Assembly (NCBI RefSeq): GCF_964355755.1
Contig: NC_092677.1
Coordinates: forward strand, 24,353,175-24,417,174
Source: Antedon mediterranea
Lineage: Eukaryota; Animalia; Echinodermata
Direction: 5' to 3'
DNA length: 64,000 nt
Both the position numbers and the translations under genes were made by a program. Of the stretch, positions 12,101-22,860 are shown in pieces. Within the stretch, counting starts at the first letter, position 1. Every line of letters begins with the position of its first letter. The notes beneath the pieces are model-generated. The model did no database searches. It saw nothing but the letters and a program-made list of their open reading frames with translations, and was not told the origin of the DNA.

Positions 12101-15100
12101 TCAAAATAATTTACCTGTTAATTACATAAACTTGTTGTTTTTGGCTCAAATGTCAACTTAAAGTGAATAACTTTAATATTACAGTTTAAATTTAGAATAT
12201 TTTGACCTTCAATTTTTGTGTTTCAAGGGAAACACAACAAACAAATCCATCAATCATTGTAATTAACATACGTGATATCATGTAAGTATTACAATTTTAC
12301 ATTCCTTTGCGTGGGATTTTTAGACATGTTGTTTAAAAACTTGTATGAGAAACATTTCCAGTTTATACATAAAAGCATTGAATAGAACAGTCCATGAAAA
12401 TGAAAATGAAAATTTGTTAATTCAACAAATCCATCAATCATTAAATTTATTAATTTAATAACAAGAAATGAAATCAATTTATGTAAAAATTCTCACTTGC
12501 AAAAGTATAGGTTGCACATTTGGTAACTTTTCATAATTGTTGCATAGTTTTTCTCCGCCTTTCTTTCCAGTAGCTGTTCCGAATCGGGTACAGTTAAGTT
12601 GCTTGGACACTTCAGTGAGTCTATATGCCGCTTCCGAGCATACAGGGCAATGATCATTCTCCATTGCAACACTGTTTACTGTAACAAATCTGTTGAAAGT
12701 TTAAAGAGCAAAAGCCTGCAATAATTGATTTACTCTGCAGAGAGCGATAACCATAAACTTAGCCTAGGTCGTCTTAGGCCAATGTGTTGTAGACAAACAA
12801 TGAACTTTCAGATCCGACAAGCAGTGAAGCGGGACAGGAGGGGAAATTGCTGTACAGAATATGAATAGCTGCGACGCAGCAACAAACAAGACTTAGCTAG
12901 TACTAGTAGTACAGTACTGTAGGCTAGGTCTAGCTAATACAAACATTACACAATGACCAATAGGAGATTTTTTATTTTGTACCATTATATTTGACAGTTT
13001 TTGTATTACAATACGTAACTCTACAGTCACTTAGGATTTGGTAAAATATTTCGCTTTATTGTCCGGAATTGATTTCGAAATAGAGAGAATATTCCATATT
13101 GTATATTATAAATTATTCATAATTGTTTTAATAATTGAGTTATCTTGTATAAAAAGCTACGATCGCTCACTGGCTAAACCCAGGGGCTCCAGAGCGTGAG
13201 CAGGAGCTGCCCAGCATGTTGGAGGGCCCTTTGCTCTCTGCGTTACACCACTGTTGCCAAACAGTAGATATGAAGTGTATAGTTGATGTTGTACAATACA
13301 AACTGATACAGTTTACAAATAAAGATAGTTAATTGAATGGTTAGAATATTTTCATGGACTGTTCTATTCAATGCTTTTATGTATAAACTGGAAATGTTTC
13401 TCATACAAGTTTTTAAACAACATGTCTAAAAATCCCACGCAAAGGAATGTAAAATTGTAATACTTACATGATATCACGTATGTTAATTACATTGACGGCT
13501 GAAACATCAAAATTTCTCTCAAAGCGATCAATTAAATGCTGATTGGTCCTACAACATAACAAAATAAGAGATTGAATGTAAGAAATTAAATTTCGCTGCA
13601 CTGCCATTATGTAGAAACAACATTTTCAATACTACTATTAATTTACTTTGAAGATCTGTAGCTTGGTGGAGATGAGCATACAGTACATTAAATAATGTGT
13701 ACTACTGGGCTTGTAAATGTCATATCACTACCATATATGGGCATATCACTGCCATATTTGGCCACATCACTACCATATTTGGTACAGTTGCCCTTAATCT
13801 TGGGGCAACCCAAAAAAATACTTAGGGCAACTAGAAAATAAAAGGGTTGGTCCTGAAAGCCAAGTGAAATCATGAATACAACAGTACAGATGATCATTTT
13901 TGACATCATTGAGAGGGCAACCAAGTCTCGGACACTGATTGCCTCAGAGTAACAACAAAAAAAACCCTTCATGTTTTTTTAGGCTTAGTCTCTTAACAAA
14001 ACATGTACAGTACCGGTAGGCTGAATATAAAAAATGCTAGAAACTTAATATAGATCTGGTTTATAATTTTCTGGTTCAGAAAATGTGTAACAAGTCAAAG
14101 GTCAGTTTAAAATACTGTATATTAAAAAAACATACCAGGAAGTTATACTTTCTCTGCAGAGTGACATGCCTTAAGCTCTGTCTACACTTATCAAACTGGT
14201 TTGACAAAAAAGTGTGATGTGCCCAAATATGGTATTGATATGACATCATCATGTCCATATATGGGCACATCATGCAATGCGACATTTATATAGCGCTATT
14301 TCATAAAGATCAGAGTGCTGTGGACTTAGATGTTACACCTTTTCAACAACATTCTTCTCCCCTAAGAGTCACATCGTGTCATCGGCAGTCAACTACGGCG
14401 CCATTACGTCTGTCCATGACAGTGTGTGTGTGAACTAGTACATAGAAGTAACCTCCTACTCGTCTCAAAAGATGTACTAGGTTCTTTAAAGTGCACACGA
14501 GCAATGTGCATACACTGGACCTACGGTTTATAGTCCTTATCCGAGAAGATTAACACCAGAATCATGGAGCGAGTGAGCCTCGAACCCTTGCTGATGTTAT
14601 AGCTATGGATTACGGTTCCACTGTCTTAACCGGTCGGCCACTTACTCACTTCACATTGATAAAGTTTGATAGTGTAGACAGAGCTTAAGAATTTGCTAAT
14701 GAACAAAACAAATCTTATACCTGCACACCCACTTCTAAAGCCTTGATCACATTGTACTTAATTTGGTCAAAACCAAACCACATAAATTGACCAAGAAAAG
14801 TCCAATCCGAATACTGGCTACAATTCCCTTAGGGTTAAATTAACCAACTCCAATGGTTACTTTTACTGACCACTGCCTGCCCAGTAGAACTTACCATGGC
14901 CTTTGTAAACCTAATCATCAAATTTTGGTAAAAACATGTTAAAACTGAGTGAAATTATCCAAGTGCGAACAAATATCAAATTTCTGATGACATTGGGTAA
15001 AGTTTCCTTGGTTAATTTTACTATTTTTCAAGTCCAGTGCGAACAAGGTCTAAGTAGTTTTAAATTATAAACATTATCATACCTGTAGTGAAAGCCAATG

Positions 15101-17692
15101 TCATGATTTCCCATGATAACATGTGTCTGTCCGGTTCTGCCTTGGTGAAAGATTTTTTGAAAGCGAGAAACAGTTGCAGAGAACTCCTACAATGTATACA
15201 TATTTATACATTTTTAATAATATCTATGAGAATGTAGTTATGACTGTGGATGCAAAAACTACATATCAAGAAATTCAACGTCCTTCAGATAATCCCACAT
15301 ATATCATGTCCGGATAAACTACTTCAATCTTATAGCGCTAATTGCACAATGCTTCTAAGCGCATAAAATTATTAACCCGGTTATTTTTTTGGATCACACA
15401 CACATATGGAAACATACTCCCATGTAATGCATCTAGTAATCTACGCAAAGTTGTGTCTAACCGGTACCCATTTATATGCATTTGGGTGGAGAGAGGCAAA
15501 CGTAAGTAAAGTATCTTGCCTAAAGATACAAGCAATGTGGTGAGAGTTGGATTAGGACTCGCATCAGTAATCCAACGTCCAACACACTGTCCCACACTCC
15601 CTAACGTGGGTACGACACGAGTTGCTTGTAAATAGCAGCATAGGTTAACTCAAATGCTGCCCTCACACCTACTATAACTTGTTTTAATGACAATAAAAAA
15701 TCTTTATGGGCCCGATCGTCTTAATTGTTGATCGTACGCGAGATCCAGTGACTGTGCATCCTGTGTAGCTTGCAACAGTTGTGGTTGATATGCTTTTGTT
15801 TTATTTTTGTGCTCTTTTTTGCTACCAAAAATATACAGTTTAGCAGAAACAGTTTTATCCGCTCAACAACGTGCACGTACGTTAGAAAATACGCACAGAA
15901 AAGGATTAATCATTTTAATGTTGATAACACTATTAAAATATTTTATAATTCTTTTACATAGTTCACTACATTTGTATCACAAACTCGTGGAAAGACACAT
16001 TGAATTTATTTTATGGTGGACAATTATAAATCCAATTCATTTTCGTGGACCGATCATTTAATCCAGAAAAAATTACATACAGTACAAACAATATATATAT
16101 ATATATATATATATAAATCGTGGTAAATTTAACGCAGATCATGAAAGCGAAAGTGCTCGATACAAAATGTAGAGCCAAATATAAATAAATGAAAGACGCC
16201 TGTAGTGCCTGTAGTACAATAAAATGCAATAAAATGTGAGTGAGTGGCCGAGCGGTTAAGACAGTGGAACCGTAATTACGTAGCCATAACAACGGCAGGG
16301 GTTCGAGGCTCACTCATTCCATGGTTCTGGTGGTAGAACGAGTCTTCTCGGATAAGGACTATAAACCGTAGGTTCAGTGTACACATCTAGCTCGTGTGAA
16401 CTTTAAAGAACCTAGTACATCTTTCGAGACGAGTAGGGGGTTACCCCGGTGTATTAGTACATCACAGCCACTGATCACCAACTGGGCCCTCTGGGAGACC
16501 AGTCATTGACTGAAGAGGTTACCCAGTATAAATATATATATTTCAATTTCAATGTTCAGTTGGTAATTTACTAGCGTCTTTCATTTATTTATATATTATA
16601 TATATACACCTTTACTTCTGCTGCCTCTCGCTTATGGAATGACCTACCCGCCTCTATTAGATCATGTTCTTTTTCTTAAATCTGCTCTCTCATACACCGC
16701 GCCTTTGATCACTTACTGCTGGAATTGGCGCATTACAAATTCGTATTACTATTATTATTAGCATCACTTATTCAAATGTTTATTTTTACGTGTACCTCGT
16801 CAGAAGACCATTTTCCTTCATCCATTAAATCACCTAAAACAAAAACAGCTTCTGGGGCAAACAGGGTCACAGCACTCTGGAAGCTCCGCTCCATCTGCCA
16901 CTCCCTACAAAAACACAAACAAATTTAATTAAAAAAATATATAGCAAAAGAGATTATGAAATGTTATTCTACCAATTTTGAGAAATAACCAGTGTTTCAG
17001 GATAATTAATGAGATAAACATATATTTAAACAATATTAATATAGAGAAAATTATTAATTAAGAGAGAAAAGCTGATGTAACATCTAAAAATGATCATGCT
17101 AGAGTTCAGATATATCATCGACAGCAACAAGGTAATAATTGGCTTGTTTTTTTTTCCTTCAAATCATGGGTATATCCAGGTGTGTGGGAGTATTGTGGCT
17201 TACTCCTTTTTTTCCATCTTTCAAAAATGGGGAATATGGGAGGGTGGAGTTGGACCTCTAATATCCGTATTTCACCTATTTAAATTTAATACTCAATTAG
17301 AGTTTATTAATATTAGATACTTCAACAATATTAAAATCCGAGTACAAGTTCAAAGAAACTTTTGACAAAATATTAGGCCCTCCTATTTATAGCCCATGGG
17401 ATGAGTACATCTGTGGATTTAAATGCTGTACTGTAGTGTAGAAGTATAGATTTAGTTACCTCCTAAGCTTATCAAACCAGTGACCATTTCGTGACCCCAA
17501 CAAATGCGGATCAGCCAGAAATATGGCGTGCAGTGGTGTTTCATCCAATACCGCATCCCTCGTTAACTTAGGCCATGAACAATGTGTAATGACAACATAG
17601 TAGATTATGTACTCGCACGTCACAAACAGTAAAAGTATCAGGCCTGAAAGTGTCAAAAAGTGTTTCCAGTTTGGCGTCATGCCAACATACAT
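9200..17692 (-). CDS. MPPE1: Metallophosphoesterase 1 (MPPE1/PGAP5, GPI-anchor remodelling), ~381 aa. Coding exons 17692-17460, 16904-16796, 15186-15083, 13548-13468, 12689-12497, 11340-11218, 10188-10048, 9361-9200
   Basis: All junctions are GT-AG and in phase (1146 nt). Motifs: N-terminal TM then CEYIIYY; [25 protein letters not shown]; [10 protein letters not shown]; GNHDIGFHY; [12 protein letters not shown]; [11 protein letters not shown]; [13 protein letters not shown]; [13 protein letters not shown]; KCFLPEE, C-terminal TM, basic tail RKYKK. Start may instead be 17680. Confidence 0.93.
9685..9978. mobile_element. Degenerate Tc2/pogo-like MITE in the last MPPE1 intron
   Basis: Left end TA|CCGTATATCCTCTGGTATAATCCCAC; right end GTGGGATTAGACCTGAAGTGGGATATACG; internal GGGACTA(T/C)ACCCGGGGA repeats. 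Confidence 0.5.
12259..12401 (+). repeat. 143-bp inverted copy of 13348-13490 (3' end of an MPPE1 exon, its donor site and intron)
   Basis: Reads as the reverse complement of 13348-13490; bracketed by the 19-bp direct repeat AACAAATCCATCAATCATT (12240-12258, 12424-12442). Confidence 0.9.
14174..14685. mobile_element. Harbinger-like MITE (same family as 8034-8177) interrupted by a SINE
   Basis: AGCTCTGTCTACACTTATCAAACT ... AGTTTGATAGTGTAGACAGAGCT termini. Confidence 0.7.
14435..14650 (-). mobile_element. tRNA-derived SINE (Deu/Nin-domain-like), second copy
   Basis: Reverse complement aligns by eye with 16238-16460 (TGGCCGACCGGTTAAGACAGTGGAACCGTAAT...GGTTCGAGGCTCACTC...CGGATAAGGACTATAAACCGTAGGTCC). 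Confidence 0.75.
14739..15051. mobile_element. Degenerate MITE
   Basis: Imperfect TIRs AGCCTTGATCACATTGTACTT / AAGTCCAGTGCGAACAAGGTCT. Confidence 0.45.
15328..15600 (-). mobile_element. Degenerate CORE-SINE-like element
   Basis: GGGTGGAGAGAGGCAA...AAGTATCTTGCCTAA core-like segment; a related partial copy lies at ~7490-7630 (TAATGCAGCTAGTAATCAGCGCAAAG...CCCATTTATA). Confidence 0.5.
16238..16550 (+). mobile_element. tRNA-derived SINE with Deu/Nin-domain-like core
   Basis: A box TGGCCGAGCGG, B box GGTTCGAGGC, then GTCTTCTCGGATAAGGACTATAAACCGTAGG...TAAAGAACC...GAGTAGGGGGTTACCCCGGTGT, resembling the Deu/Nin SINE core. Confidence 0.75.
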
Positions 17693-18878
17693 TAATTCAA
17701 GTACATCATCTCTATGCTTCTGTAAATAAAACATAATTATTTAAGTTATTGTTAATATATTACTTATTTACATTATATTACCTAGCAGTAACCCGTGCAC
17801 GGTTTTATCGGCTTTAATATTATACTATAATAATAATACTGTAACAATAAATACTTTATTTTAACAGGAAAAGCTCGTGTCAATATAAGGACTTAAGGTG
17901 TTCTTCTACAAGGCCGTGATCAACTAACACTAACAGTAATACATTACAAATTTAAAAATAACAAATTTAAAAATAACAATAACAAATTAGAGAACAAAAA
18001 TATATAAACTGAAACCTTAATTACATTTATGCTAAGAGTACAAAATAAATAAATTACACAATTAAAGTATTTAAATTTGTGGCATTTTGCATTGGTTTTA
18101 TACTATAATTCGCATGGGATGAGTGTATAAAAGCGCACTTTCCCCTGACAAAAGTAATCTGACAACAAAAAAAACACTCTGGATATGGGACCCTGCTAGT
18201 GAGCAATATGCCAATATAGGTCTAGCCTCTAGGTAGGCCTACTAGTAGCCTGCTAGCTAGCTAGATAGGCTAGTATACTACTCTAGTAGTAGGCTAGGCC
18301 TGGCCTATAGGCCTAGGCCTAGTTATTATAGGCTAGGGCCAGGCCTAAGGCTAGGCTAGAGGCTAGTTGTATTTTAGTAAATATTATTGTAACGTTTTGT
18401 TACGTAACCGTAGTTGGCGCGCTAATGCAGTTTCGTACCTAGCCCCGTAGTTTACATGCATTTGTAGGGATTGCATATATTAAAAATAAACATTATTTAA
18501 AGTCGTATTAATGATTGTAAAAACTTCTCTTGTAGCCTAGCTAGGCCTAACAGCATCACATTTGTGTTACCACACGTGAAACTCCGAGTGTGACGGACTG
18601 CGCTGCGGCGGAAGAAGGAAACTGGCATTGTCTGCTGCCCCCTATTTTCAAATTCAGATGAAAGTTGGCATTTTGTATTTAGCTAGTACAAAAAATGTCG
18701 TGCGCCGCTCATTAGGCAGATTATTAATATTATTGTTTATTAAGCCAGACTACTTAATTGATGTTAATGATCTAAGACTAAACCTGTAGTTCTTACATTT
18801 AAGAGAATAGTATGCATCCTCACTTGTTTGCACCCTGTGTAAGATTTTGAATTATTATTTAATTCCAGACGACGGTTA

Positions 18879-20678
18879 CCGTATATCTTGGGTTATTATT
18901 CTTTGATTGTTTTTTTAGGGGTGGGGGGGGGGGGGGGGGGGGTGTGGAGCCGTGAAATGTGCAAAAAGTCACATTTGTGCAAACAACCACATTTGTGCAA
19001 ACATTTTATCTTCAAATGTGCAAATCTGTAAAAATTCATAACCCACAAATGTGCAAACATCTCGCCGTTAAATGTAAAAACGATCAGTTTTGACGTTAGA
19101 TGTGCAAAAGGTATTCTACAAATTAATGTGCAAATCATTTCTTCAGTCAAACTTCTATTCCATTTTATATTTAGAGTATAATAAATTTAAAATTTTCAAT
19201 ATTATAATTATTCTTACAATAATGTTGATTATGATATAAGTCAAGAATGTTTGGTTTTTAATAATGAATTTTTAGTCTCTATCCCACCAAAGTACCGGGA
19301 CACTATTTTAGACACTGAAGAATGACCACTATGTCGTTGAAACGTTCCTTATAAAAGTCCTCTTATTGGAATGAACTGTGTCCATTAGATTTTCTACATT
19401 TCATGTAACATTTGTTTGTGTTATGCGAGGTTTGAACAATTTATGCAATTGAAAATTGGGTGGAATTCGTTGCAAAAATTGAAGCCAAATACTCGATTAA
19501 AATTTATCAGATTAAAAAATAGTGCAATGTATTTTAGTATTTAATAAAACCAAAGTTAAGATAAACCTTTTAGTGTTAAATATAAAAATAATGCAAGTAA
19601 CGCATTAAAAGAATAAAATGTTATTAAAATTGCGCAATTTAAAAATAAACAAGTTTGTTCAGATTCAAATTGCGAAATCTTTGCGCTATTTTGAATCGTG
19701 CATATATAACATTCACATTCATACTAATATTCATCCCTATAACATGCGTACTTCGTTTTTATTATTTTTCTTCTGTTCATTAGACTGATTTTGTACCATT
19801 CATTTGCACTTTTTGCGTTTCATACTGTTAACGTGGCCTAGTTGGCATGAGGCCGAGTTGACTTTTGGCCGAATTGATGTGAGGACGAGTTGACTTGGGG
19901 TCGACTTGAATTTGGCTGAGACGGATTAAAAGCCTTTAATCATAATAAAATACAACAGTATAATTAGTTATTATGATATTGAACATATTAGATTTATTAG
20001 AATCTTTTTCCTATTGTTATTTCTATTCTGAAATACCACGAACCAAAAATATAAAATGTAATAGGAATTTGACTGAAGATATGATTTGCACATTTGTAGA
20101 ATACCTTTTGCACATTTAACGTCAAAACTGATCGTTTTTACATTTAACGGCGAGATGTTTGCACATTTGTGGGTTATGAATTTTTACAGATTTGCACATT
20201 TTAAGGTAAAATGTTTGCACAAATGTGACTTGTTGCACATTTCACGTCTCCACAGGAGGTTACTATTAGAAGGGGGGGGGGGGGGGTTACTATTAGAGTA
20301 GGGGGTTACTATTAGAGTATAGTTGGTTACTATTGCTAATCGTAAATTATGCACCTGAAAATAGTAACCGATCCCCAACTTTTCCGGTCAGCAACTCATA
20401 GCAAAATAATAAAACAGTACGAATAGGCCTAAACTAAATTTGGTTGAACTCTAACTTTATTTTATAAACTCATAAACACTCAATCCTCCCCCACTCCCGA
20501 GATGAACATGCATTATCTCCTTATTTTCAAAATACGGCTGCATCATAACTCTAATAGTAACCCTCATGAGTTACTATTAGAGTAGTAGGTTATTATTAAT
20601 TATAGATTGACTTATAAGGTGGGTTACTATTAGAAGGGGTTACTATTAGAGCCTGGGTTACTATTAGAAGATTTACGG
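18879..20678. mobile_element. Tc2/pogo-like non-autonomous DNA transposon (outer element of a nest)
   Basis: TA|CCGTATATCTT ... AAGATTTACGG|TA termini; many GGGTTACTATTAGA subterminal repeats at 20255-20670. Confidence 0.6.
18943..20254. mobile_element. Non-autonomous DNA element with ~200-bp TIRs (TGT...ACA ends), nested in the Tc2-like element
   Basis: 18943-~19160 and ~20060-20254 are near-perfect reverse complements, producing the mirror ORFs 18896..19150 and 20086..20301. Confidence 0.8.
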
Positions 20679-20750
20679 TAATTGTATTATTAGAAAGATT
20701 GTATCTCATATCTTATAAAACAAGTTTCATTGTATCTGTGTTTAAAATGT

Positions 20751-20812
20751 TGCCATTAGTGGAAATGCGTTACCATTAGTGCAAATGCGTTACCATTAGT
20801 GGAAATGCGTTA
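20751..20812. repeat. 3 x 20-bp tandem repeat
   Basis: (T)TACCATTAGTGGAAATGCG repeated three times. Confidence 0.85.
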
Positions 20813-21108
20813 TTAATATTAAATCATAAAACACGTTTTTGACGTCAATAACCTTTACATGAGCTGCAAACACCAAATCAATGTGTGTAACTTTGAAAGC
20901 AATACATCGTAAATTAAACATAAGCTTTTGTCGGATACCAATCTTTCATGGAGTTTAAATAAATTAATAATAATATTATCTGACTAGGCCTACATGTGTT
21001 TTTGTAATTTTGCAATTAGTGATAGTTAATCTAATGGATAATTAAAATCTTAAAAGCCACCAACGCGACCAATTTCCTATGAAATTAGAAATGTATTTAT
21101 TATTATTA

Positions 21109-21540
21109 CACTGTAAAATATTTTGTACCCACTTTTTCATGTTTAGCGTGTTTAAAACCTAAACGTGTTTAGGCCTATAGCTACATGCTGTTTTCCTCCA
21201 CTCGTTTAGCAGTCAACATGTCACTATTATGTTCAGTCAACATGTTTAGGTACGTTTTTAGCGTTGCGTGATGCGCATATCTATTTACTGTGGCGGAAAA
21301 AAGCTCCACATGAGCTCCATACATGAGCTCCACACATGGCAAATTAAACACGTTTAAAACCTAAACGTGTCTTTATATTGATCCACATGTTTAACAACAA
21401 ACACCTCACTGATGTGTTGAGTTGGATAAAGACTACATGTTTCGAATGTGTTTAGAACTATCTAAGCATGTTTAAGGCTAAATGTGTGGAAAAAGTTGGT
21501 ACAAAATAGATGTTTAAGATCTAAATACTATTCTACAGTG
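21109..21540. mobile_element. MITE with CACTGTAAAA...TACAGTG termini (also ~33934-34505 and ~47762-48333)
   Basis: Terminal inverted repeats and internal AAACATGTTT palindromes; copies 2 and 3 carry an extra ~150-bp T-rich insertion. Confidence 0.55.
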
Positions 21541-22860
21541 ATAATATGATTTTTGTTTGCTCGTCGTCTGCCAGGGATGAATATTTCTATTTGTACAAAT
21601 AAGACAAAATATTTCGTTGAAACAAGAACTAACCGATTATGTTGTATTCAGTGATATTTGAGAAAGTGTTGCCTAACTCAATGGTAATCCTTAACGAATG
21701 GGTCCATCATAGAACAAGGACAGTCGCGTGTTCAGGTTAGTGTTTACCGATGAACCGACATAGTGAACTGTAGAGTCGCGTTGCACGTGACTAAAAACCA
21801 AAGCGAAAACAATTTTGACCGTATAAATGGTTTTTTTAACCTAAAATTATATTTTAATTTATGGGTGTCCTCTTGTGCTTTTAAAACTAAATTTCTTTCC
21901 ATTCATATCCAAAATTTCAACATACTCAAATGGTATTATCTAATTTATATTTAAATTGCACGTGCCATAATTAACTCACTCCTTTGTAGATTCATCCTCA
22001 CCCTAAGAGTTTTGTATTTTCAAATAACAGTGCAAAATCCACTCGCCTACAGATTCATTATATTCCCAACAGTGTCTATTCTCAATTTAATTCCTAGAAC
22101 TTACATTGCCTGATGCTCAACACTGCTTTGCTTTAAGTATAAATACTGATTTTGAATTCAGTATAACAACTAGATTCATTTCAGTCACAACAAGCGGTTT
22201 TGTTCATATTTAATTCTGAGTAACAGACGGAGCTGATGCTTCAACCTCTTTGCGTAAAAAAAAAATTTCTGCAACCAGATACAAGAAACTTTATTTGTCT
22301 TCGTAAAAACAAAGAAATGTCGGTTGTCAGCAAATCCCATTAAAAGGATACATATACATAAACGGACTAAAGAATGACAATTAGTTACTTAGACTAATAC
22401 TTTTTTTGTATAGACAAATACTTTCTTTTTTATATATTAAATAACAAATATTATTTGTATTTAAAAAACGACTTTTTTTAGATCTAATTTTTTGAAAAAC
22501 TATTATGTGACATTAAAATGGCATATTAAAAAAAATATTTAAAACATTATTTTTTCAGGGGGACAATAATCTTTATATTAAAAAATTTAGTTACAGCAGT
22601 AAAATACACTCTATACATGATGACGTGTGAAGCTCCACAAATCGAAATAATGGATTATCAAAAGAAAAACAATGTTCAATAATTAAATCATATTACACCC
22701 ACAAACAATAATTGAATGCGTCCGGTAATGTGATTTAAGTGAATGTCATCTTAAAAATGAATGAAGAAAATCATAAAATAATAAGACCTATGCATTATAT
22801 TAGTGAGCTTTTCACAAACTAACGGTTCATTTCTATTACCGATTTGATACGTATAAGAAG

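Noticed and set aside
16241-16315. tRNA gene
   Set aside because: A and B boxes are present but there is no proper cloverleaf; it continues into a SINE body with a second copy at 14435-14650.
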